Assembly: GCA_905178155.1 (NCBI GenBank)
Contig: CAJINV010000004.1
Location: 1,047,536 to 1,111,535, forward strand
Source: Amoebophrya sp. A120
Lineage: Eukaryota; Protista; Dinoflagellata
DNA: 64,000 nucleotides
Direction: 5' to 3'
A program made the translations under genes and the position numbers. The notes under the pieces were generated by a model. That model ran no database searches, was not told the DNA's origin, and saw only the letters and a program-made list of their open reading frames with translations. How positions within the stretch are numbered: position 1 is the first letter of the stretch; every line of letters begins with the position of its first letter. Positions 13,601 through 23,300 of the stretch are shown here, piece after piece.

Positions 13601-16015
13601 ACGGCGCTCCGAATGGACCAACAAGTACTACATTTGACCGAGAAGAAAAAGCGCGTCCGTCGCGTAACTTGAACGGCATTTCCGAGCGGAGAGAACGCGC
13701 TCCGAGAACACACCGAGAGCGACATGCGCATCAACCAGTCTCCCGGTACAGACTGCTTATCGATTATCCGGGTAGAGAACACTCTTCAACAATCCTCGTC
13801 CTGGGTTGGCGCGAGGACGGACAGCACGTGGCGAGAGCCGCGCGCCGCCCTTCCTCCATCTTTATTCCGCTTTTGCATGAGAAACTGCGTTTTTGCATGA
13901 CAGGCAAAAGGGGCCCTTCGCGGCCACGCAATACAGAGTCCAACGTCATACCAGACTAGCATGACAAAATTCGAAATCTTCCTGACCCAGACATATTTGC
14001 AGTTGATAAGTTATCGTGTTGAGGTACTACTACACCAATTTTTCCCCCCGAGGAACTACTGGAGGACTTCGTTCGCTGGTGATTCATCGCTCCTACGGAG
14101 AACGAATCCGGCTCCTGTTCGGCCAAGGCAAATCCACCTGCTAGTGGTGATTTTTGCCCGCTACAACTCTTCGGACTTTGACTGCGTTCCCGGATCTTGT
14201 GGAATTTTTCCGCGGATTTTGACACTGCCATAGCGAGTTTGATTTCCGCCATGATGTCCTTTTCTCGCCCCTCTTTTACCTCTCTCAAAAGCATCTCCGC
14301 CATCTCCGGATCCTCTTCCGTATTGAAATCCGGGTACGCGTGACGCAGCATGCGGAGCGACTCGAGTTCTGCCAGGCGCTCCTTTTTCTTTTGCTCCGCT
14401 TCTTTTCTCCTCTTTTCCTCCTCGAGTTCTCTCACTTTTTCCTCGATCCTTTGCTCCACTTTCACCAACTGCTCTTCCAATAACCGCATCTGCCCTTCCA
14501 AGACTCTCGTCTCTTCCCCCTCTTTCTGCTGCGTATTCGCCTCCAGCAAAATGGCGGCTTTTTCCTTCTCGGAAACCAAAGTGCGCGGATCCTGGGAGTG
14601 CAGCGTGTTGGTCTTCTTGCCCCCTGCTGGTAGATCTTCCTGATCTCCAGAAGATTTGTTCTTATTCCCGTGCTATCAAACGTAAAAATGTCTGGGTCTG
14701 GAAGAATGCATGTTTGTCATGCTTGTCGGGCATGACCATTAAATCTGTCATGCACGTCGCCCAAGAGCCGCATTTTTCTGTCATGCGGAGACGCAATTTG
14801 TCATGCAGAATAGGCAACACCTACAAGCTCAGAAATTTGTCATGCTGAGCCAGCACTTGTAGCCTCCTCATGCTACGCTACTCAGCATCACGAGTTTCCA
14901 GACCCAGACATTTTTACGGTTGATACGTGCCCTTTCTGCGGAGAAAAGTAGAACTCGGAAAGGCGTTTCGCTTCGCGACCGGGGGAAAAAGATTTGAAAA
15001 GCTGCTGGTTTAGCTCGTTGCTCGGATTTTTTGCAGGTTCACTCTTCTTGCTGGACAATAGTTGCGACTGCTGGTGCTGGAGCTGCAACTGCCGCTGCAA
15101 TACGTCGAGTTGTGCTGCTTGCTGCTGCTCTACAACTTCCTTCACTGACACTGTGCTACTTCCCTTACAGCTGTTCGCTCTCGTCCTTCTTGTTACAGGT
15201 GACACGCTAGAGCTCGGCCTCTGCGGAAGTAGAGCATCTACTTCAGCCGGCTCCTTATTCCTCCTACTAAACGGCGACGGCGGATATTGGTCAATGTTGT
15301 CCATTTGCCGCTGAATCTCCTGAATTCGCTGCTGCCGTCTGGAGTCAGTGATATCCACAATTTGCAGCGCTTGGTTCATTATGTTCGTCCCATTGGACGT
15401 GGAGCCGTTGTTTGTGGTTGCAGCGGCCATGTTGCTTCCGTTTGAACCAGCAGCACCCGCCCTCGACTTACTCGCATTTTTCTGCAAAATAGCAGCTCCT
15501 GCAGCGGAGGAACTGCTACCCTTGCTGCCATTTCTGCTCTTAGAGGGAGGGTTCCTCGTCGCGGAGCTTCCTCTTCCGGCTGCTGCACCGGTCGTCGTCG
15601 TTCCGTTGTTCATCTTCGAGCTCGATCTACTCCTTACAACCGCTCCCGCAGACGCCGGGCGCTGCTTCATTTTCGCTCCGGCAAGGAGCGAAGATCCTCG
15701 GTCTTTCGCGCTCTCCTCCCAGGTTCTGGCCAGTTTCTCCGGACTTGGGTTGAACGGCGGGAGTCGGACCTGTTCATTGCCTTGCTGCGCAGGTTGTACG
15801 GCACCCCCCGACGGATCTGCTTTGTTGGCCTTTTTCCCCAAATGGATCTGCCCGCCGGACGAAGTCGGCACCCTCGGCCCGGCGGATCGCGGACGGAACT
15901 TTTTCACATTCTGCTGCAGCACATTCGCCTGCCACTCTGCCTCCGCCTGTCTCTTTTTCCCGGCCAGCCAAATCTCGTGGTCGCACGCCACGTCCCACGC
16001 CGTGCGGGCCGGCAT
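1608..16015 (-). CDS. Spliced gene, ~2902 aa low-complexity/coiled-coil protein of unknown function; 13 introner introns + 1 GT-AG intron
   Basis: ATG 16015 (MPARTAWD). Removing the 14 introns (5699 nt in total) leaves 8709 nt = 2903 codons. Junctions: QKGH|GNKNK, QHDN|YHGSS, SADA|TLEDD, KDHN|LLGCS, DQHQ|PAGPT, KKSC|TVVYR, PSRD|WMVRH, AQME|QHHET, GGEE|PNTWD, KESS|PSKLP, GLDP|DEMIS, VKTG|SNKAK, SDTR|SRKRK, NDDA|DSLQE. Confidence 0.8.
1827..2061. mobile_element. TIR introner, family B
   Basis: TIR tatggcgttctcaa...ttgagaacgccata; TSD gcgtc (1822-1826 / 2062-2066); removing 240 nt keeps the frame. Confidence 0.92.
2407..2638. mobile_element. TIR introner, family B
   Basis: tatggcgttctcaaatgttac...gtaacgtctgagagtcccata; TSD agcgg/atcgg; removing 237 nt keeps the frame. 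Confidence 0.88.
3509..3772. mobile_element. TIR introner, family A
   Basis: tatggattgcaaaagtgtctgggtctggaag...cttccagacccagacctttttgcacttgata; TSD cccag. Confidence 0.92.
3814..4055. mobile_element. TIR introner, family B
   Basis: tatggcgctctcaaacgttacattctcaactgttacatgaattt and its inverted copy; TSD cggat. Confidence 0.92.
5101..5259. mobile_element. TIR introner, family C
   Basis: tatgaattgcaaa...gatacttttgcacatgata; TSD gggag; removing 164 nt joins ORF 5228-5491 to ORF 3846-5162. Confidence 0.88.
5534..5735 (-). other. Canonical GT-AG intron (202 nt)
   Basis: - strand GAG|GTACGT...ACTAACAG|CCA; phase 0; bridges two frames and skips a stop codon. Confidence 0.75.
6173..6367. mobile_element. 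TIR introner, family C, diverged and inverted relative to most C copies
   Basis: tatcctgcgcaaaggtaaaagtatcgca...tgcgatacttcttttgcaaaaatgcata; TSD ttcaa/ttcca; removing 200 nt restores the frame. Confidence 0.82.
8841..9049. mobile_element. TIR introner, family D
   Basis: tatgcaagaaaaaaactgtgtaagtgtaac...gttacacttacacacttttttccttggata; TSD agtcg. Confidence 0.9.
9116..9383. mobile_element. TIR introner, family A
   Basis: tatcaaatgcaaaaatgtctgggtctggaag TIR; TSD gcagg; very similar to 33927-34188. Confidence 0.93.
10195..10448. mobile_element. TIR introner, family A
   Basis: tatcaagtgcaaaaatgtctgggtctggaa TIR; TSD gctga; very similar to 14674-14925 and 32806-33271. Confidence 0.93.
10636..11827. 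mobile_element. Long (~1.2 kb) TIR element acting as an intron, family F
   Basis: Imperfect ~65-bp IR (cgttagcatgagaagtggcgagtttgtagtgaattttgcatgac vs gtcatgcaagacaaattcactgcaaattcacccctcttatgctaacg); direct repeat aagtt at 10631 and 11827; removing 1196 nt gives KDHN|LLGCS in frame. Ends uncertain by 1-2 nt. Confidence 0.72.
11983..12261. mobile_element. TIR introner, family A
   Basis: catcaaatgcaaatatgtctgggtctggaagg...ccttcccgacccagacatatttgcaatgcata; TSD tcgcg. Confidence 0.9.
12471..13870. mobile_element. Nested insertion with a (CAT)6 end; possible non-autonomous retroposon
   Basis: Absent from sister introners; starts with (CAT)6 at 12473-12490; no recognisable RT ORF; boundaries approximate. 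Confidence 0.5.
13298..13398. repeat. ~32-bp tandem repeat (tagtcgtgctggtgtgctgcagttgctcgtgg), about 3 copies
   Basis: Seen directly; the first copy is shorter. Confidence 0.85.
14674..14925. mobile_element. TIR introner, family A
   Basis: tatcaaacgtaaaaatgtctgggtctggaa...ttccagacccagacatttttacggttgata; TSD cgtgc. Confidence 0.93.
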
Positions 16016-16972
16016 AATTTCTACTGATGTGCGCGCTTTATTGTTGCACCTGGTCCAGCGGCAGGAAGTGGAGCGAGTAGTGACAGAAGTTGTCCCAACC
16101 ACGCACGGAAAAGAGCTACGCTCCGAAGCCGAACAACGTGTCATGAACACAAAAAATTTATGCATCTCATAGTTCCAATTTTCAAACCAAGATTGGTATA
16201 AAAGTTCGCTGCCGGGGTGAGATATGATTTCTTTACGCCATGATTCTAGACACATGATACGAAATTTGGTGTAACACGACCTTCCACGAGGGCCGACAAG
16301 AGACGAATGAAACGAAGTTCGCGCACGAGCAATAAAGGAAGACGAAAGGAAAAACAAACGCTCACTCTCTCAAGCAACATTGAAACTGTCTTCTGCCACA
16401 ACCCTCTGTCTCTTCAAGACTTCTGAAATGATGTACGACTCGAATTGCGAGTAGAAATTGCAGCACAAGGTCGAGCTTGTCCTCGTCAGTGCAGAGCAGC
16501 GGAATCGCCAGTAGCCGACCACGATCGAAAATACGACTAGCACCAGGAACGGTCTGAAGCTCCTTACGGATTGAAATACTGTTGCAACACAACATCTGGG
16601 TTCTTTGCGCAACACATGAAATTTTCGTACAACTAGTCGTCGTAGTGTACTCGTAATTCCTTTTCAGATGTAACAAGAAGTAGCAGTACTAGGTATGGAC
16701 CAGGGCTTTCAGAAGTTGCTGCAAGTGAAAGTGTATTCCTATTGGTATTAAGCTGCACATTCATAAGGGAGGTCTAAGCCTCTAACACCTGTACGTCGCT
16801 ATCTGCATGCACGTGCTGGCACTTTTTTCCACGAACGCGAAACAACCTAAACAAAGACGCTCGATCAATGAGCATAGAGTTTAGCTCGTGTTCGTGTTCC
16901 TCTTCCTCTGCGAGAGAAAACAACATGTGTGCTCGCCTCTGGGTGGGCAAGGAGGCGTATGCTAAGATATGT

Positions 16973-19768
16973 TTACAAACGCACGACATCTAGTCCAAGG
17001 TTCTCAGTTATTCGTACACTGGGTGCTGATGTTCTTGCAGCTGCGCCTTTTTCTGGTCGTGAGCCACTTTTGTCATGATCCAATCTCAGGTTACCCAGCC
17101 TCTCGTCGATGTGCCGCAGAGCAGGGGAGACATCATGATCACCTAGCAAACGCCCCTCGTCCGCGTCGGCGTCTTCATATCGCGTTAACAAGAAAGGGTC
17201 CCCGTCTACTGCTGCAGGTTCACGACCACAGGTGGCTTTGCTCTCCTCGGCAGCCGCTGAAGATCCTTGCTCAGCTCCGGAGGAACGAGTTCTCCCCGCT
17301 TTAGAAGATGCTGCTTCATCTGTAATCCGGACCCCGCCCCAGAGAGTCGTCGTTCGTGGCGACACGACCTGCTGTTCCTTGTCCTCATTCGCAGCCGCTT
17401 CCGCCCCGCCAGCGGTGAACGGCGCGAAGAGAAACCCAAAAGTAGAAGCTGTAGTGTCGACGGTTTTTGTACGACGGCCTTGCTGCTTGTGTTTTATTTC
17501 AATTTCTCCGTGTGGCGCTGACAGAGGGGCTGCGCCGGAGGGGCCAGCACCCCTCTTGTTCCTAATATTGTTCCCTCGCGGCACAGGAAATGTCGATGTT
17601 GGCGACCGTTGAATGTGAAAATCTTCCGCCGCCGGTGCGGCCGCTGGTGCGGCCCTTGGATGTGAAGGAGGTGAGAAGCAACGTTCGGCGTAGAAGAAAG
17701 ATGACGGACTAGTAGGGCTGCTACCACTACTTCTACCCGCAGTACAAAAAGTAGACGCGGGCGTTAGTGTGGCAGTCGTGCCTCCAGGGGTCTCCGGCGC
17801 AGTCGTCGCGGCAGATGCGGCGGACATTTTGCGGTTAAGGCGGGCAGAGTAGTCCAGTGCCTCCGGTACTCTCGCTAGTACTTCTCGTTCTTCTTTAGGC
17901 TCCTTTGTAACAATACAACTCCTTGGTAACATCAAAACGCCCGGTTCATGCTTGAAGCCTTGCAGGTCTCTGTCTCGCCGGGCTCGGTGGCGCGCGGCCA
18001 TTTTGGACGGAGATATACCGGTAGCCTCTTCGTAATCGGGGTGGATTTGGTGTATTTGGTCGTCTAATTGTAGGAGCTGTTTACGAGCACTCCGCTGCGG
18101 TAGCGCAGCGGCGGCGGCGCTTTGTGGTGGACTTGCTTGTTCCTCTTCCACCTCCTCCTCTCGCTGATGATCGTTTTCATGCTCTTCTATTGGCAAAAGG
18201 CACTCCTCTTCTAATTCTTCGTCCGCACAACTGCTAGCTTCACCTTCTGAAGGTTCTTCCTGGACGTGAAACTCATCATCAAATGCGGCACTCAACACCT
18301 CAGCGGGAATCACACCCCCGCTACGGCGACGCGGAAGTAGCGGGAAACCACCTCCCGGGTGGACCACGGCTGAAGGAGCAGAGGAAGGAGTTCCCCACCT
18401 TTTCCGCATTGCTACTGAAGGAGGAATTATTTCTGTTTCTCCAGACGATATTGGTACTGGTGCGGGTATCCATTTTTCCCGTATCATAGTTCTAGTCGTA
18501 CTCGTCGTCGCTGTTGTTGTCTTCACACCAAGAACATCCTGCACTTCACTCGCAACGCGTCGTTTTTCTTCGACTTGGTCCGAGCAAAGACTAGCTCCTG
18601 TCGGTGGTTGTGCCCTTTCGCGTTCCACCACTGGGTCCATTTCATTTTCCGGTTCCTCGATAAAAAATTTTTGCCCATCAGCATCTACATGTTCTACAAC
18701 TTCCGAACCACGCAGGGACTGCGTTGGCGCAGGCGCTGCAGGATTACCTCCATTCGCCATGAACGGGCCCCAGCCCCACTCCTCGGACAGCGGCTGTTCC
18801 AAATCCGCATCGACGGGTAGGTTGAAGCCTCGAAGAACCTGCGATTTCACGTACTTCTTGCTTCTGTGGTCAACCTCCCGCTGCTCTCGGTCCCAAACAC
18901 TTAATCGTGCGAGGTGTCTCGGATCAAGAAGAAGCGGTTCTTGATCTTCGGGGCCGAAGTGCGATTCTTGTTCTTTCGCAGCGCCGGCAGTGCTCGACGA
19001 TGCGGAAGCATCGTTATCATCTTCCTGTTGTGCTGGGTCGTACTCGCCCTGCCTGGTTGCCGATACAGGGAAAAGTTCATCATCTCTTGCTAAATCTTTC
19101 CTTTTCGGCGAATTGAGAATCCCGCCTGCATCAGGAGCTTGTTGTTCGTCAGATCTGTGCTGGCCGTCAGATGTTTGTCGCCGCCGAAATGAACTGTCTG
19201 GAGCTTCTGATGTGTTGGATGAACAAGAAGATCGCGCACCACCACGAGCCGTGCGCGGCTCATTTTCCTCCCCCACCCCGTCGCTCGACGTGGACCGCAG
19301 TCTTCCCCAGCAAGAGCTTAGCGCGTTACTAGAAATAAATTGTTCCCCCGCATCTTTACTAGCACCAGCTGCCTCTCGTCCTGCAGTACCACCGCAAGCT
19401 GCAAACGTCGTCTCTTTTAACATAGTCGCGCCACTGTGGCACTCGGCAACGCTGTTTTTCGGGCGAAACTCCCGAGTGTCGTGCCGCGGATTGTTGCCGT
19501 CGCGCTGGTGGGCCGCCGCAAGGTAGGGCTCCGTGTCTGCGAGGAAGGAGGATATTCGCAACCTTTTTCGTAGTTGGAAGCCGAAGGCCGCGAAGGGACG
19601 AACGGCTGATGTAGTACCGGTTGGTGTCGCGCCGGTGAAAGAAAAATCATAGTAGCTGTTACTGTTTAGCAGATTGATGTGAAGAGAAAAAATTATGCAA
19701 CTGCCTAGCAATAGTTGCTCTAGAAAAAATGCAAAAGTCCGCGAAAAAATCCGCTTCGGCGCAGACAT
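16973..19768 (-). CDS. 931 aa low-complexity protein with a hydrophobic N-terminus (possible signal peptide/anchor); unknown function
   Basis: Single long ORF starting at ATG; FAFFLEQLLLGSCIIFSLHINLL near the N-terminus; no domain recognised. Confidence 0.75.
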   Translation of the reverse strand: MSAPKRIFSRTFAFFLEQLLLGSCIIFSLHINLLNSNSYYDFSFTGATPTGTTSAVRPFAAFGFQLRKRLRISSFLADTEPYLAAAHQRDGNNPRHDTREFRPKNSVAECHSGATMLKETTFAACGGTAGREAAGASKDAGEQFISSNALSSCWGRLRSTSSDGVGEENEPRTARGGARSSCSSNTSEAPDSSFRRRQTSDGQHRSDEQQAPDAGGILNSPKRKDLARDDELFPVSATRQGEYDPAQQEDDNDASASSSTAGAAKEQESHFGPEDQEPLLLDPRHLARLSVWDREQREVDHRSKKYVKSQVLRGFNLPVDADLEQPLSEEWGWGPFMANGGNPAAPAPTQSLRGSEVVEHVDADGQKFFIEEPENEMDPVVERERAQPPTGASLCSDQVEEKRRVASEVQDVLGVKTTTATTSTTRTMIREKWIPAPVPISSGETEIIPPSVAMRKRWGTPSSAPSAVVHPGGGFPLLPRRRSGGVIPAEVLSAAFDDEFHVQEEPSEGEASSCADEELEEECLLPIEEHENDHQREEEVEEEQASPPQSAAAAALPQRSARKQLLQLDDQIHQIHPDYEEATGISPSKMAARHRARRDRDLQGFKHEPGVLMLPRSCIVTKEPKEEREVLARVPEALDYSARLNRKMSAASAATTAPETPGGTTATLTPASTFCTAGRSSGSSPTSPSSFFYAERCFSPPSHPRAAPAAAPAAEDFHIQRSPTSTFPVPRGNNIRNKRGAGPSGAAPLSAPHGEIEIKHKQQGRRTKTVDTTASTFGFLFAPFTAGGAEAAANEDKEQQVVSPRTTTLWGGVRITDEAASSKAGRTRSSGAEQGSSAAAEESKATCGREPAAVDGDPFLLTRYEDADADEGRLLGDHDVSPALRHIDERLGNLRLDHDKSGSRPEKGAAARTSAPSVRITENLGLDVVRL

Positions 19769-20388
19769 GGTGCTGGTTCTTCTTCACACTGCTCACGACC
19801 ACGGTGCCTAAACGTTCACAAGAAAAGAAAAAACATCGTATGTAGTTGTAGGTGGAACTGGCTTTACATGTAGAATGCACGAAAACTGAAAAAAAATCCA
19901 CACAAAGAAAGGCAATAAGAATAAAGATGAAAAAAAAAAGTCCACACAAGTTGAACTGGAGATCGATGTAAATCTTCAATCATTCTCTGGTAATCTTCAT
20001 CTTCAATCACTCTACTCCGTTGCGATCTTCATCTTGCCAAAAATAAGTAGGATCACGAAAGGAGCGAGTCTCTGACGACCATCCAAAGTTGCAAGGGCGG
20101 TGGACACCACCTTCAATTCGATTGAATCGAACGATTCATTGATCTTCAACAAGAAATAGATCGGTGCGGCAGAGCAGGAACAAGATTGCTCTTGATGACG
20201 ATAGTTAAAGAAAAATACTTGTCGCGAACTTGCGGACTTGCACCTGTCTCCCACATAGGCGGGATAGAAATTCGTTTCGTACAAAGGAGTTGTAGGAGCT
20301 CTTCTACTACGTCATATACACATACTGAGATTATTTGATTCATTCTCAATTCCATTTTCGCTATATTCAAGTCCCTTCGGCTGCTGCT

Positions 20389-23300
20389 CTAGAAGTTGAG
20401 CGCGCAGCCGAGCACCGACGCAAACGGGGAGGCTCGGAGGGCCGTTCCCAAATCGCGCCCTGTGTTGTACAGTCTGCTCAGCATTTCCACCGGGGTGCTT
20501 TGGAATGGACACAGCGCTAGCATCGCCGCGGATCGATCCTTGGGCAAGACAAATCCGTCGCGCTGCAGTTTGCCAGAATTGAACTTTTTGTCCCAATCTC
20601 GCGCGTCCAGCCCGTCCCCTTGCGGTCGGGGCGCAAGCCCGAGGTACAGGAACATCTGCTTCCTCAACTCTATCGGCGCATACACACTCCCGCCAAACAC
20701 GTGGATTGACGGCGGAATGGGCACCGGCTCAATCCAGGTTTTCTGCCCCAGGCGGACCACCGCTGAAAATGGAACGAGGCAGAGCTTCGAGCTCACTCTC
20801 ACGGACGACGTAGTCGCCGCAACCGTTATTGCCTTCGAGCTGCTGGACGCTGCACCAGTAGAACAAGAGTTGCTCTTCAGTTTAGAGGCTGTTGCAGCCG
20901 TCGTTTTGTTGTTCTTGTTCTTCTTTGCAGCGTCCTTCTCATGATTCTTTTTCGCAGCTACAAGAATCTTCATCATCTGCACCTTTGCTTCATGGGAAAA
21001 CGCAGTAGTTTTTTTACCTGTTGCTTTGCTCAACTCAGCCTTTTTCTTCGACGACACATCGGAAGAACCTTTGGTGCTTTTTTCCTCGTCGCCATTCTCC
21101 TGCTGGTCGAAGTCGTGGTCAGGTGTCGCTTTGGGACCGTCAAGTGCAAGTAGCCGCATGCAGTTTTCCGCCTCAAAATTTGAGACAAGAACGGCACAGC
21201 AGCGATTCGTGTCGACGACGACCCAGCGGGGTGCTTTCATGTACGGGTCTGCGTTTCGCTTCACCGCGACGGTCTTCTGAAAGTTGGATGTGATGAACAC
21301 TGTCCACGAAGATTTCGTGTCGCTCTTCTTCGACGTCGACGATGAAATGTTTGCAAACATACCCTCCACTTGACCGGCCATGCTGGTTGCTTCGAAAGCT
21401 GCTGCGAGTGGTAGCAGCTCGCGGGTAGAACGCGCCGGTTTGAGAAAGCACTCCAGCCCAGAGGAAATCGAAGACTCCTGTACGGGATTCGCCGATGGCG
21501 GTCGGTGTACTTGCACTTCCTGCTCCAATTCCTGCTGCAATTCCCGCTCCTGCTCCTCGTCCAGACCGCCCGCACTGCGTGTTACCCGGGGAACCATGGA
21601 TTCTATCCGCTTGACAATCCTCTTCGCGAAGATCTCCATCGCCGACGAACTACTGCTGCCCTTGTTCTTTGCAAACGCCCCCAGGCGCGCCCGCGCAAGC
21701 TCGGTAAGCGGACGCTCTTCCCTCGACTGTCCATACAACCGCTCCAGCTGCAAAACTTCGCTCTCGAGACACGCGCTGGACAGGTCCTCCAGCGTTTTCG
21801 AGGTCGAATACGCTTCTGCTTTAGTCATCGAGGAGCGGCACTGGGCTGCGAAGTAGGTCACAAGATCAGCAATTCGTCGGCACGTGTTCTGCAACGCCCA
21901 AGAAACCACCGCGCTCACAACTGCCAGCTCAGGAATGGAGCCGCCATTATTCTTCTTACTGGCTGCTAAGTAAGCCTTCAACTGCGTGTTTACTTCATGA
22001 CTCGCTACGAAGAGCAAACTCTGGCCCCTTCCCAACTGTCGCAGCCGCATGCTGCTTTGCAGAAGTTTGTCTTTACACATGTTGGCGCCGAGGGTGAGAA
22101 TCGCCCGCGCGGTGAGGGGCAACTTGAAATCCGAACCCCGGCAGTGTGCGTCGTCGAGATACAGGAACGCGCACGACATATCACTCGCGCAGGGGCTGAG
22201 ATTGAACCTTGTTATCTCGCCACTGCGTGACAGCACCTGGATGTCGTGGATCTCATCGAAAAAAACCACGTAGTTGCGGTCCGTACGAGCGGCCAGCATT
22301 TTCTCGGCGAATTGCTTGCTGGAGTATTTGAGCACCAACGCTCCTGGATCCAGAATCACCGTGACAGCGCCGGTTTTCCTGAACAGCTGCAGAATCGCCT
22401 CCGCGTGGTCCTGCAGCTTCAGCGGCACATACGTGTTGTTCTCTTCGCGGAGGAGGTTGATGAGCTGCAGCCCGGTGGTGTGCTTCAAGTGCGGTGGATT
22501 TCGCTGTTGAATAGTTTCTGGGTTCAGAAGTTTTGTGTCATCGGTGCCGGAAAATCCTTGCGTGATGCTGGTCCAGTCGGAATGCAAGCTCGAGTCGCGA
22601 CACAAATCCCACGGCGTCGCGACGAGCTTTTGCGGGAACTGTTTTGCCTGTTCCGGAAACACCATGCGCCGCAGGTAGAAGTCGATCACCGACATGTTGC
22701 GACAAAACGAAGGATGCACCACCTGGCGAAAGTGCTCCTGATCCGCCAGGTTCACACCCGTCCGCGCAGAGGGCGCTGAACGCCTCACGGAAGTGGCGCT
22801 AGTGCTGCTGGTGTCTGGCACCGAGGTGCCCACCTTCTTTGGCAGCCAACTAGCGTAGAGCGCGTCCGCCTCAGAAGCGGAGATTTGTCCGAGTTTGCGG
22901 AAGACCGTCTCCATTTGGCACAGGTTGAGACCACGCTGGAAATAGCTCGCGACGGTGCAGAGCAAGAGAACCTCCGCATGAGCAAATTCGTTCCGCTCAC
23001 TTGCCAAGTCCTTGGCAATAAACGGAACAGCGAGCTCGTATTTTGTGCGCGTCGGGTGGATGCCGTAATTGACTCGGTATCGTTTCTGAAGAACGCACCG
23101 CAGCACGTCGAACCCGAGTAGCCCTCGGAGCGTCAGGGCGACGATGCGCGAGTTCTTTTCCTCCAAGGTGCGCAGATCCAGCTTGTCGTACGACGACTGC
23201 AGGACGAGGCGCTTAAAGGCTTGCACCTCTTCTGGCCGGAGTTTCAAAAATCCGCGATGGAGGATCTCTTCCACTATCAGTCTCTGCAGCTCTGCGTACG

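Larger units (their letters stand above)
12357..14008. mobile_element. Family A introner split by a ~1.4 kb nested insertion
   Basis: 12357-12470 and ~13870-14008 align to the two halves of element 35108-35361; TSD agtta (12352 / 14009); removing 1657 nt restores the frame. Confidence 0.88.

Noticed and set aside
12996-13782. ORFs in the nested insertion as a transposase or reverse transcriptase; CTGACGA near 13135 as a hammerhead ribozyme
   Set aside because: No DDE or YxDD motifs recognised; the hammerhead GAAA and stems were not found.
1827-14925. Nucleosome-length phasing of introner positions
   Set aside because: Inter-element exon lengths (36 to ~2470 nt) show no periodicity by eye; the sample is too small.
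1608-16015. Pseudogene riddled with MITEs
   Set aside because: Exons have no stops or frameshifts and the frame chain closes exactly over 14 junctions, which fits a functional spliced gene better.
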